Origin: Polyangiaceae bacterium
GTDB lineage: Bacteria; Myxococcota_A; Polyangia; Polyangiales; Polyangiaceae
Length of the DNA stretch: 58,217 nucleotides
NCBI GenBank assembly: GCA_016715885.1
Contig: JADJXL010000022.1
Span: 267,588 to 325,804, forward strand
Direction of reading: 5' to 3'
Shown here: piece by piece, positions 9,480-18,339 of the stretch
Layout of the letters: every line of letters starts with the position of its first letter
How positions within the stretch are numbered: the stretch's first letter is position 1
Translations under genes and position numbers: made by a program
Notes under the pieces: model-generated
The model's database searches: none
What the model was told of the DNA's origin: nothing
The model's input: the letters and a program-made list of their open reading frames with translations, nothing else

Positions 9480-10991
9480 ATGCGCGCATCCGCCCGGTCG
9501 AAGCTCGTGGTTTCCTTGATTGCCGTCACGACCATCTCGTGTGGATGCACGCCGGCACCCGCACCGACGCGACCCAACGATTCAGCGCCCACCATAGGCA
9601 AATCCTCCGGCACACCATTGGCCAGCGCGAGCATTGTGGCGGCTTCTGCGAGTGCACCTCCGGCAGCTCCACCCGCGCCGTCCGCGCCGGTGCGTCTACC
9701 CACCCTCGAGTGGGCTCGGCGCTGGGGTTCCTATGGAAGCGACAACGCTGGTAGGCTCGTCGTTGCCGATGACGGCACGTGGATCATGGCTGGCGGCTAC
9801 CAATTCGAAATCGACTTCGACGGCAAGAAGCTCACGGGTACGTCGGCATTGCAGGGCAACATGGGGACGTTCATTGCCGGATTCGGCCCCGATGGGAAGC
9901 TTCGCTGGGCCACGGATTTTCACGGCAAAGCTAACGAAAATATCACCGATATGGCTTTGGGGCCCGACGGCACGGTCATCTTTGCTGGAGCGTTTCGCGA
10001 GATGAATGCTGGCTGCGGGAAAATTCGATCCGTGGAATTCGACGATATTCTCGTTGGCGCATTGTCTACCTTGGGTCGATGCGAGTGGACGCGAGGCTTC
10101 GGTAGCAAAGGCAATGATTGGGGCCAAGCCATTGCCGTGGACGATGCAGGGAACGTGACTGTTTTCGGCACGTTCCAATCCGGAACGAATTTCGGCGGTG
10201 GTCCCATGGATGCTGGCGAAAGCGCGGGCGTCTTTGCGGCAAGTTTTACGCCGGGTGGCAAATATCGATGGGCACGCTCATTGGGAAACCGTTCGCCCAT
10301 CTTTGCGCAGGATGCTACCGTCGATGCAGCCGGCAACGTGTACGTAACGCTTCGTTTCGAGGGGACGGTCGATTTTGGCGATGGTCCGAAGACGAGCCGT
10401 GGGGGTGGCGACGTCGCTCTCTTGGCGCTGTCGTCCGACGGCCGATTGTCATGGTCGACATCGTTCGGCGGACCTTTTTTGGACGTTGTGAATGGACTCG
10501 TCGTCGATCCTCGATCGGGTGATTTGCTTTTGGTCGGATCGTTTGCACGATTCATCGATATTGGCACGAATCATCTCGAGAGCGCCGGGGGCGGGGAAGG
10601 ATTCATTGCGCGCTTCGACAAAATGGGGAAACCTTTATGGGCCCAGAGGCTCGGGAGCTCCGAGCATGACAGCTTGGGCAGCGTGGCTCTCGACGCGCTG
10701 GGCAACATCTACGCGATTGGTCAGTTTCGCGGTTCGTTTACGTTCGGCGAATCCACCTTGCGCAGCGCGGGCGAATACGACGCACTGGCCGTCAGCATGA
10801 ATCCGGACGGATCGCCACGCTGGGCCGTGTCATTCGGTGGACCGGGCTATGAGGACGCGAACGGATTGGCGGTCGAGCCGTCTGGACGCATTCTCGTCGC
10901 AGGCACATTCGCCTCGAAGGCTTCATTCGGTACGACCAACCTCGAATCGGCCGGCGCACACGACATATTTGTCATCGCAATGCGTCCGTGA
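9480..10991 (+). CDS. Secreted lipoprotein with SBBP-type beta-propeller repeats
   Basis: The signal peptide carries a Cys lipobox (TISCGC). The motif G-x-x-x-D-x-G-x-x-[IV]-A-[VL]-D-x-x-G-N-[IV]-x-x-x-G-x-F recurs about eight times, for example GSKGNDWGQAIAVDDAGNVTVFGTF. Confidence 0.7.
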   Translation: MRASARSKLVVSLIAVTTISCGCTPAPAPTRPNDSAPTIGKSSGTPLASASIVAASASAPPAAPPAPSAPVRLPTLEWARRWGSYGSDNAGRLVVADDGTWIMAGGYQFEIDFDGKKLTGTSALQGNMGTFIAGFGPDGKLRWATDFHGKANENITDMALGPDGTVIFAGAFREMNAGCGKIRSVEFDDILVGALSTLGRCEWTRGFGSKGNDWGQAIAVDDAGNVTVFGTFQSGTNFGGGPMDAGESAGVFAASFTPGGKYRWARSLGNRSPIFAQDATVDAAGNVYVTLRFEGTVDFGDGPKTSRGGGDVALLALSSDGRLSWSTSFGGPFLDVVNGLVVDPRSGDLLLVGSFARFIDIGTNHLESAGGGEGFIARFDKMGKPLWAQRLGSSEHDSLGSVALDALGNIYAIGQFRGSFTFGESTLRSAGEYDALAVSMNPDGSPRWAVSFGGPGYEDANGLAVEPSGRILVAGTFASKASFGTTNLESAGAHDIFVIAMRP

Positions 10992-11154
10992 TTCTGTCGG
11001 CCCGATGGGCTCGTCTGGCCGCGCTGAATTGAGCGAACGTCTGCTACGGACGAGCGAGGATTCGTCGGCCAAAACGGTGCTTTCCACACAAATTTGCATT
11101 GCGGAATTTGCCATCGCGTTCAGCTTCTGAACCAGACGAGCTGGGGGGCTGAAA

Positions 11155-11730
11155 ATGACCAGGGCGGACGTGTGCGTCATGCGCGCGGGAGTAATATTGG
11201 CATTGCTGGTTTTTTCGGGTTGCGGCGCTGCCGCGAGGGCGCCGAAGCAGCACGTCGCGGCCGTGCCATCGACGACGGAAAACCCGCTTTCCAATGCGGC
11301 GCCCGAGACGATGCCGATTGCAGCGCCCGACGCGCCGGACAAACCGCCGGTCGAGTCGTCATTGCCGACTGCCGAGGCGGCAGTGTCGCCCATTGTGTCC
11401 GCACCCGCGGATTCTCGAGGGATCAAGCGGGCGGAATTACGCGGCAGGGTGGAAAATCATGCGGGACAGCGATTGACCATCGAGCCGCTGATGATATTGA
11501 GCCCGACGTATCCCGTGCCGGCGACGACGGCGGGTCTTTGGATTGAGGGGAAGGGGGACGGGGGCGAGGCGGATTGGCTTCTTTTCGCAGAGGTCAAAGT
11601 GGCGCACAGCCTGCACTTTGGAATGCCGATGGTGGTGGACATCGTCAAGAAAGAAGCGCTGGGCGCGCAGCGGCGAGCGCTCGAGACGTTGCCGCGTGGT
11701 TCGCGGGTGCGCATTGAATGGGCGTGGTGA
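11155..11730 (+). CDS. Hypothetical lipoprotein
   Basis: The signal peptide carries the lipobox VFSGC. The rest is Pro/Ala-rich with no recognised domain. Confidence 0.5.
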   Translation: MTRADVCVMRAGVILALLVFSGCGAAARAPKQHVAAVPSTTENPLSNAAPETMPIAAPDAPDKPPVESSLPTAEAAVSPIVSAPADSRGIKRAELRGRVENHAGQRLTIEPLMILSPTYPVPATTAGLWIEGKGDGGEADWLLFAEVKVAHSLHFGMPMVVDIVKKEALGAQRRALETLPRGSRVRIEWAW

Positions 11731-11743
11731 AGGGGGTTGTCAA

Positions 11744-12490
11744 TTACGCGTTCGGAGGTGCCGCTTGTTGCGCAAGTGCCGCGGGCGCCGTCGCGACATA
11801 CCGCTCCGCCAATTCCACGAGCGATGCGTGAAGCGCCATTGCCAATTCACGCTCGGCGCCTTCGCCACCATGTTCGACCATCCATGAAAGCGTATCGGCC
11901 GCCCATGCAAACGTCGTCGCGCATTCCATCGCCGCAGTTGCTTTTCGCCGATATGGCGTGCGATTCGTCTCGCCATGGCCAATCGCCGCGGCCAATGCAT
12001 CCGTGGCCGATGCAATCTCCGCCATGATCGGCCCGAGCCCCAAGAGCGCCACGTCCGCTGCACCTTGTCCCTGCGATGTCAACGCCGCCTGCTTGCGCGC
12101 GAAATCGACTTCCTCTTGATACCGCAATTGCGTCTGCCCAGCGCCCGCACCGAGAAGCAGCATCTTTTGTAGACGCTCGGCAGCCTCCCGCTTGGCCGTG
12201 TTGTTCGATTCCGCCGCCACCCCGAGGAGCCCATTCAATTGCTTTTGGCAGGAGTCCCATTGCCGATCGCAACCCTTCGCACCCCCAGCTCCGGCAATCG
12301 CCTCGAGGAGCCCCATCACCGTCCGCTTCATACGAATTTTCACCACGGCCGTCATTGGTGCATTCCAGAGTGGCGTCGACGAATTCTCGTAGTTCGTCGT
12401 ATCCACGAGCGCCCAAGCGCCCGTCGACATCGTGGACCCGAATGCAGTAAAACCCGCTTGCGGAACATGGGCAAACGATAGCTGACTCAT
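11744..12490 (-). CDS. Hypothetical protein
   Basis: A 248-aa ORF with coding-like composition and no recognised motif. Confidence 0.4.
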   Translation of the reverse strand: MSQLSFAHVPQAGFTAFGSTMSTGAWALVDTTNYENSSTPLWNAPMTAVVKIRMKRTVMGLLEAIAGAGGAKGCDRQWDSCQKQLNGLLGVAAESNNTAKREAAERLQKMLLLGAGAGQTQLRYQEEVDFARKQAALTSQGQGAADVALLGLGPIMAEIASATDALAAAIGHGETNRTPYRRKATAAMECATTFAWAADTLSWMVEHGGEGAERELAMALHASLVELAERYVATAPAALAQQAAPPNA

Positions 12491-12625
12491 GATGTCGCTC
12501 CTTTCCGACCCGGCTGCGTCACCAGGTGGTTATCCGCTTCGATGCAGCGCCATCGAAGATGTTCAACATTTTTTGTCGTCGATCGTCAGGCAGGAACGAA
12601 GCTGCGGGAACCCTCGTCGAGTTCG

Positions 12626-12870
12626 CGAAAAAACTCGACGGCACGCGGTGCGCTCGTGGAGGAAACTCGACGACGGTCAGCGCGTCGGGCGAAAAACTCG
12701 ACGACGATTGCCGCGTTCGGACGACGCACGCGGTGACCGTCGGTCGTGCACGAGCAAAAAGTCGATGAGGATCCGGAAGGTTGGGCTCGAGACTCGACGG
12801 CGGTCGCCGCGTCTGCCGCAAAACTCGGCAACGAGCGCAGGCATTGAGCGAAAAGCTGAAGGACGGATGG
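12626..12870. repeat. Intergenic array of about six or seven degenerate direct repeats with a ~31-bp period (core AAAACTCGACGRCGG...GCGCGT)
   Basis: Copies seen by eye include gaaaaaactcgacggcacgcggtgcgc at 12628, gaaactcgacgacggtcagcgcgtc at 12662, gaaaaactcgacgacgattgccgcgtt at 12691, gagactcgacggcggtcgccgcgtc at 12789 and aaaactcggcaacgagcgcagg at 12820. Confidence 0.6.
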
Positions 12871-13009
12871 CGCGATTGGAGCGGAAGTGGGTGACGATCG
12901 GTGCGTCAGCGGGTCACTGCGCCGGCAAAGCGGCGGACAAACCGGGCGGTAAGTGACGAGGTATTTCGATCGCGGCGCGGTCGCAACCTCGTGAAGTCAT
13001 CTGCGACCG

Positions 13010-13438
13010 TCATGACTCTTGTTGCCGCGTATTCAGTTTCTGTCGAATCGCAGCCACGTACAGCAGCAAATCATCCACATGGTGTTGCACGACATTCTGT
13101 ACGACTCGGGGGTCGACCGCTGCATAACCATGCACCAAAAGATTGCGAAAACCCACCATGTTGTGGAGTGTCAATGCGAGCGTCGCATCAATCCAGCCAT
13201 GCTGTTCGAGCAGCTCGAACATGGCTCGATTCGAGCGAGGTTCGCCCATACGTTCGTCCGAAACGATGTGCGAGGCTACGTCGAGCGCTGCTTGAATGGC
13301 GATTTGCAAGGTATGCTCTGCAAACCGGCGCTCACGTAAATCCCGCACGATATCGGCGGGGCGCGACAATGTGCGCAATTCTTGGACATACGTTTCAATA
13401 CAAGCAAGCTTCTTGCTGACGAGGTCCACGTCCGTCAT
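13010..13438 (-). CDS. hepT: HepT-like (DUF86) RNase toxin of a HepT/MntA toxin-antitoxin pair
   Basis: The R-x4-H-x-Y active-site motif is present as RNLLVHGY. The gene is 142 aa and its start overlaps the upstream partner by 4 nt. Confidence 0.8.
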   Translation of the reverse strand: MTDVDLVSKKLACIETYVQELRTLSRPADIVRDLRERRFAEHTLQIAIQAALDVASHIVSDERMGEPRSNRAMFELLEQHGWIDATLALTLHNMVGFRNLLVHGYAAVDPRVVQNVVQHHVDDLLLYVAAIRQKLNTRQQES

Positions 13439-13842
13439 GTCGGTCTCTCTTGTCGACGGTATCTTCGAAGCACGGGCTCCAAATCGAAATATTCATTTCG
13501 TGCTCGCACTTCGAATGCAATCCGTGCGCTGCGATCACGGTCCAGGAGAAGTTTACCGTCACGGAGAATCCGGTGCACCAGATCGATCGGCGCCGAATGC
13601 AGGTTGACGACCTGTACCGGTCGCCCAACGGCACGCTCGAGCTCCCCTTCGAGCCTGAACGGTTGAGCATCGAGCGTTGGCGCAGGGGCTTGCGCGTAGA
13701 GAACGGCAATGTCGACGTCGCTGTCCGACCGCCCTGTCCCGCGAGCAAAGCTCCCGAAAAGATACGCGGCAACGACCCCGTACTGCTGCGCCTCGAGGAT
13801 CGTGCGTAGAGCTTGCTCGGATTCGGGCTCGAGATGCGCCAC
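13435..13842 (-). CDS. mntA: MntA-like nucleotidyltransferase antitoxin
   Basis: GSFARGTGRSDSDVDIAV matches the GS-x10-DxD NTase motif. The gene is 135 aa and sits immediately upstream of hepT in the canonical order. Confidence 0.8.
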   Translation of the reverse strand: MAHLEPESEQALRTILEAQQYGVVAAYLFGSFARGTGRSDSDVDIAVLYAQAPAPTLDAQPFRLEGELERAVGRPVQVVNLHSAPIDLVHRILRDGKLLLDRDRSARIAFEVRARNEYFDLEPVLRRYRRQERPT

Positions 13843-13982
13843 GCCCTGAGTTTAGACTCGAGTTCGACGCGAGTAAAGACATAGCGCATCCCATCCACCA
13901 CAACTCGGGTGACCGAGAGCCCGACAATTTCGCGCTGGGCACCTTCGTGCTGCGATTCGGAAGGTTGCGCCGAACCGATCAG

Positions 13983-14519
13983 TCATCGATGCGGCGCTGT
14001 GCGAAGCGCATGCATGTGAGCCTCGAGCGCGGCGGCCGAGCATATCACCGCACCGCTGTCGTCGTGAAATCGCTCGAGCCATTTCGCTGCTGCTGAAACG
14101 CTGGAGAACGACTCATGAGGGTATGGGAGACGCGCAAGCATACTGAGACCGGTGGCCACAGCCCGAACCATGGACGCCCGAAAGCCCTCCCCCTCGAATA
14201 CGAGAGCGGACGCGCGCACGAATCCGGCCCCTGCGGCGAGCGAGTCCGCAAGCGCCTTGCGTACATCGGGCTCCGGCGGCGGAGCTCCCGTGTCGACGAC
14301 GCCAAGCAAGACTCCGGCACCATCGGATCGAGCGGCTGCGATTCGAACCGTTTGCTCCAATGCGCGAGCCGCGTCCACGGTGGTGGTGCCACGCCAGACA
14401 TAAAACACGGCCCCGGGCACGTACCCAATGGCATGCAACAATTGGGCTCGTACAATGTAAAGTTGATCCACGAAGCAAGTGTAGAACGGTCGTGCGGGAA
14501 CGACAAGAAGCTGTCTCAC
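13983..14519 (-). CDS. Hypothetical protein
   Basis: A 178-aa ORF whose start overlaps the upstream fragment. No recognised motif. Confidence 0.35.
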   Translation of the reverse strand: MRQLLVVPARPFYTCFVDQLYIVRAQLLHAIGYVPGAVFYVWRGTTTVDAARALEQTVRIAAARSDGAGVLLGVVDTGAPPPEPDVRKALADSLAAGAGFVRASALVFEGEGFRASMVRAVATGLSMLARLPYPHESFSSVSAAAKWLERFHDDSGAVICSAAALEAHMHALRTAPHR

Positions 14520-14815
14520 GCGCCGACCACGGCTGACAACCTCGGACGCGCGTCATGGCGGCAAGCACCAGCGCATAGGATGAAAAAAACGCCAAATTCG
14601 GCGGGCGTCAGCGCAACTTGGCGCCATTTCAATGGGCCAGCACACTCGGGGCAAACATTGACATCCACAGCAAATACGTGTCTGAGCAGCCACGCCCATG
14701 CCGCTCGGTGCATCGCCGGCGCCACGCGTTGCTCCATCGACATCGATAAGGCATCGGTCACAAGTCCGATGATTGGACCGGGGTTGGTTCCGTAGAGTAG
14801 CGTCATTTGTGGCAT
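14516..14815 (-). mobile_element. Relic C-terminal fragment of an IS91-family (Y2, rolling-circle) transposase
   Basis: The ORF ends AAWAWLLRHVFAVDVNVCPECAGPLKWRQVALTPAEFGVFFILCAG. This resembles the characteristic IS91/ISCR C-terminal tail (LL-R-VF-x-D-x-x-x-CP-x-CGG-x-hK-hhA-hx-P-x-h-x-K-IL-x-HLG). There is no catalytic N-terminal part. Confidence 0.4.
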
Positions 14816-14909
14816 TCGGCGCCCACGTCGACCGCGGGTACGCGCGCGGATTGCGGTTTACATTTTCGTGCATTCTGATAACTTACGACCTGCCACGAGG
14901 AGGTGACGC

Positions 14910-15530
14910 ATGCGGATCGAGCGTGACGACGGAGCCTTGGAGATGAGAAAGACCCGTGGACGCGGTCCCTGGTGGACGTTGGCGTTGATCGCCCTCGCCC
15001 TCCTCGGCGTGGCGTCGATGGGGTGCGCGGGCACGGCGACGGTCGTGCACAGACCCACGGTTTACGGCTACGTCGTGGCGGACGCGGGCCCGATGCCGGC
15101 GAACATTGCATCCCACCCGTACGTGTATTATCGCGGGGCGCCCGCGTATTGGGTGGACGGCAATTGGTATTATCGGAGCTCGAACGGGTGGGTGGTGTTC
15201 GTCGACGAACCCCGAGACCTCCATTATGCCCGCGTGCGCATGCCCAATCGGGCTTGGGCGACGGCTCGATATGGCGTTCGCACCGGCGGGCCCGTCGTGT
15301 ATTCGAGACACACGGGCCGATACGTGAAGGCATCGCCGACGGTTCGCCGCGCTCCCCCCGTGCGTGTATCCCCGGCGCCCTCGCGTCGCCCCGCGCGACC
15401 GGTGGTCGTGAGCCCGCACGATCGCGCGCCCTCGAAGGCGAGCCGGCACGATCGACGACACTCGAAGCCGTCGAAAACCACACGCTCGAAGGCCCCTTCG
15501 AGGAAGTCCCGCCCGTCGCGGGGTCGATGA
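14910..15530 (+). CDS. Hypothetical lipoprotein with a Tyr/Trp-rich core and a basic C-terminal tail
   Basis: The signal peptide ends in the lipobox VASMGC. The core sequence is YVYYRGAPAYWVDGNWYYRSSNGWVVFVDEP. The 3' third overlaps a minus-strand ORF. Confidence 0.45.
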   Translation: MRIERDDGALEMRKTRGRGPWWTLALIALALLGVASMGCAGTATVVHRPTVYGYVVADAGPMPANIASHPYVYYRGAPAYWVDGNWYYRSSNGWVVFVDEPRDLHYARVRMPNRAWATARYGVRTGGPVVYSRHTGRYVKASPTVRRAPPVRVSPAPSRRPARPVVVSPHDRAPSKASRHDRRHSKPSKTTRSKAPSRKSRPSRGR

Positions 15531-15687
15531 ACGATGTCGATGTCGAACGTCACGACGGGCGCTCCCATCATGACGGCCGCCGTCCCCCCAACCACGATGA
15601 ACTCGACGCCCGCATCCAGCAGCGCCAGCAACATCTGCTGACCTGCATCGGCACCTACCATCGCTACTTCGCCTCCCGCATTGCCTC

Positions 15688-15757
15688 GATGAACGCCGCT
15701 CGATGCATCGCCTGCGCCACGCGTTGCTCCATCGACATCGAGAGGGCGTCGAAAAAG
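15688..15757. repeat. Second copy of a ~70-bp segment shared with 14691-14760
   Basis: Both copies contain tgcatcgcc(g/t)gcgccacgcgttgctccatcgacatcga. Flanking substitutions are synonymous in the minus-strand frame that encodes IG...DALSMSMEQRVAxAMHRAA (gga/ggg, gat/gac, tta/ctc). Confidence 0.5.
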
Positions 15758-16086
15758 CGCCCGATCCACGTCGGCAACCGCGGCGATCACTTCGGGCGCC
15801 GTCTCGGCCAATCGCCGCAAGACAGGACCCACCACCGGATCGTCCCAGGTCTCGGGAAGAAGCGGGTGGAAATACGCGGCCAGCGTTTCCGCGTCGACAC
15901 TCGGCGCCGTCATGCCACCATCCTATTCGATTTCTGCACGTCGCGCCAGACCCAACCATGCAAAGCTTCTGAGAGCGCTGCGGTCGTCACCTTGTGTATG
16001 CCTGTTTGAGATACTAGCCCAACCAAGCGAACTGGCGCAGCAGCGTCGAGGAAGGCATTCATATTATGACAAAGAGTGATGTCGAT

Positions 16087-17232
16087 TCACTCTTTCGCTG
16101 GCTCGCTGAGCTTCTTCCACCCATCCTCCACCTGCTTCCAAAGCTTTTGCGCGTCTTTTGAAAGTTGCTCCAGGATCACTCTTGCGATGACCTCGAAAAT
16201 GGCATCGGTGATCGCTTCGGATGCAGCTTTGTACATCTCATCTTTGGCGAGCAGGGGTGGATCTTGGAGTGCATTTATGGCGGCGCCCATGGCGTTGCCA
16301 GCAGCCGCGCCTCCCGCAGCGGTTGCAAGAAGTCCAAGTGGTCCCAGCGATGCACCAAACGGCGCTGTAGAGGCTGCACCAATTGCGGCCCCTATTCCCT
16401 TCGCATCCACCGACACCTTGTCACCACGAACTTCGCCGATATTCGCCGCATATTCTATGGGATTCCAGGTCCGGTCCCCCGACTCGACATTGATGAAATC
16501 GCCCTCCAGATAGCAGCACGCAAACTGATGTTTCCCATATAGCCCTTGTTTTAGGAGCGGCACGTTGTTGCCTTTGGCCAATTGGTCATGCCTCGGCGCA
16601 AAGCTGCTCGTCGAGTCGAGTCTCTTGAGTGCAGCCAAAACCTTGCTCTTGACAGACGCCCCGAAAGCGTCGCTGGTAGTGTAACCGTTACCGCTGGGCA
16701 TGTCTGCGCGTTTCACGAGCAGAGGTCCGCGCGGCAGTTTGTCACTGCTCGAGTACAGTTGACGGTTGTAGTGTGGTGGTTTGTTGCGTTTCTGGCCATT
16801 GATTCCTGGCGTAATGTCCAAAAAAAACGATTCTGCACCTCTGTTGAAGGCATTGAAGTGGAGAATAATGAAGAAGTCCGCCTTCGAATCGGTAACTACC
16901 TGCGCCCGCTCCGCAGCGGTTAGATTTATATTCTCGTCCGATTTGGTCAGAACAACCTCGACATCGACGGCCATCGCATTGGCACGCGCTTCAATGGTGG
17001 GTTTCAAGATATTCGCAAACCGTTGAGTCATCGTTTTTTCATACACATCACTCACCACACCAACCGCATTGTTCCAGTACGACCCGCTGACGTTGGCGGT
17101 GCCACCATGACCGGGATCGATGACCACGACCCATTTCGTTTTGCGGCAGTCTTTCTTCGCTGAGAGCGGATCCTTGGACGCCGCCGCGCAGTCGTTATTG
17201 ATGGCAGCCACTTGCGCTGTCATTTTACTCAT
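16087..17232 (-). CDS. N-acetylmuramoyl-L-alanine amidase (Amidase_3 family) with no signal peptide and a Gly/Ala-rich C-terminal region
   Basis: VVVIDPGHGG and FFIILHFNA are the Zn-binding Amidase_3 motifs, and LEGDFINVESGD corresponds to the family E-x-G-F motif. GGAGGG lies 8 nt upstream of the ATG at 17232. A/T-rich third codon positions contrast with the rest of the window. Confidence 0.75.
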   Translation of the reverse strand: MSKMTAQVAAINNDCAAASKDPLSAKKDCRKTKWVVVIDPGHGGTANVSGSYWNNAVGVVSDVYEKTMTQRFANILKPTIEARANAMAVDVEVVLTKSDENINLTAAERAQVVTDSKADFFIILHFNAFNRGAESFFLDITPGINGQKRNKPPHYNRQLYSSSDKLPRGPLLVKRADMPSGNGYTTSDAFGASVKSKVLAALKRLDSTSSFAPRHDQLAKGNNVPLLKQGLYGKHQFACCYLEGDFINVESGDRTWNPIEYAANIGEVRGDKVSVDAKGIGAAIGAASTAPFGASLGPLGLLATAAGGAAAGNAMGAAINALQDPPLLAKDEMYKAASEAITDAIFEVIARVILEQLSKDAQKLWKQVEDGWKKLSEPAKE

Positions 17233-17476
17233 GGCTCGTTCCCTCCTCGTGTTGTATTCCACATTCTTCTGAGCGGCTTGCGACTTGTGTCAAATCAGGT
17301 ACGAGCACCTTGTCGCCAGGACCCAAGCTCTTGGGATCAAAGCTCTGATTACCAGTACCCAAATCAAAAATCTTTGCGCCACGCTGCACCTGAAGATCCC
17401 GAATGTCGATGCCATATTCTCGCGCAATCCCATAAAGCGACTCTCCATGCGCAATTTCATGTACCAGATGCCCCAT
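17225..17476 (-). CDS. Small single-domain LysM protein
   Basis: HEIAHGESLYGIAREYGIDIRDL...LGPGDKVLVP is a LysM signature. Its stop overlaps the amidase start (ccATGAGTAAaatg). Confidence 0.6.
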   Translation of the reverse strand: MGHLVHEIAHGESLYGIAREYGIDIRDLQVQRGAKIFDLGTGNQSFDPKSLGPGDKVLVPDLTQVASRSEECGIQHEEGTSHE

Positions 17477-18155
17477 AAAGCCTCCTCATGATCGTGTCCG
17501 TATCACCACTCTGCATTGCCGTGACAATCCATGCCCACGCAGGCGACTGCATCCAATTCCAACCCAGAAACACGCCCAGCATCGCTGCACGTAATTGCCA
17601 CGCAGCCGGAACGCCAGTTCGACCCCATCCCGAGTCCAGCAGATGCACGTAATCTGCCAAACGCTCGAGGTTCAGGTGTACGAGGCGCCGCGACATCACC
17701 GATTGCAATACAACTTCAAGTTGATGCGACTCGAGCGGCACGAGTGGACAATCGGTCGCCAGCGGGAGGTTCTCGAGACACCCGCGTTTTGTGCTAAACG
17801 TTCCGTCCCAGAGTAGCATGTCGACATGGTCGAGAACTCGCGCAAGCTTGAGGACGGGCGCCACTTGATCCCTCCAGTGGCATCGCTCGAGCATGTTTTC
17901 GTACAGTGGGCTTTCGGGGAAGCGGCTACCAAAATAGATGTACCCGATCGAGTAGCGCATGATGTCCGCCTCTGCGACGTAGCCGTACGATACAGCTTCT
18001 TCGATCACGTGCAAGCCCAGAGTCTCGCGGTCTTCCCCAATAAACTCGACGAACCATGGCAGTCGCTTGGACCACCAGCAGGACAACTCCCGCGCGAAAC
18101 TCCGATGAACAGCGTCGGTGAATGCCGATACCGCCTGACGATGTAGGCTGAGCAT
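17457..18155 (-). CDS. Hypothetical Trp-rich protein, first gene of the low-GC LysM/amidase island
   Basis: A 232-aa ORF that overlaps the LysM gene start by 20 nt. It has intermediate GC and no recognised motif. Confidence 0.45.
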   Translation of the reverse strand: MLSLHRQAVSAFTDAVHRSFARELSCWWSKRLPWFVEFIGEDRETLGLHVIEEAVSYGYVAEADIMRYSIGYIYFGSRFPESPLYENMLERCHWRDQVAPVLKLARVLDHVDMLLWDGTFSTKRGCLENLPLATDCPLVPLESHQLEVVLQSVMSRRLVHLNLERLADYVHLLDSGWGRTGVPAAWQLRAAMLGVFLGWNWMQSPAWAWIVTAMQSGDTDTIMRRLYGASGT

Positions 18156-18339
18156 GGAACCAGCATACCGTCAGCCACGAACCGTTTGCAATGAAAAACG
18201 TTTGCCCTCCCCACGGCCGGGATAAACGCGTCGATTTCCTTGTCCCCATCGCTCCTCCAGCGGCAAAGCGGCGCATGCAAGCCGCAGGTGCTTCTCGACT
18301 TCGCCCCTCGGCCCTTTTGCGCTATGCTTCGGTCGTCCC

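Noticed and set aside
12489-12956. 155-aa plus-strand ORF spanning the direct-repeat array
   Set aside because: The translation is Arg-rich junk that follows the repeats. The region is better explained as non-coding regulatory or mobile DNA.
16076-16513. 145-aa plus-strand ORF in the low-GC island
   Set aside because: It is antisense to the Amidase_3 gene, whose motifs (DPGHGG, LHFNA) are unambiguous. The plus-strand frame has no features.
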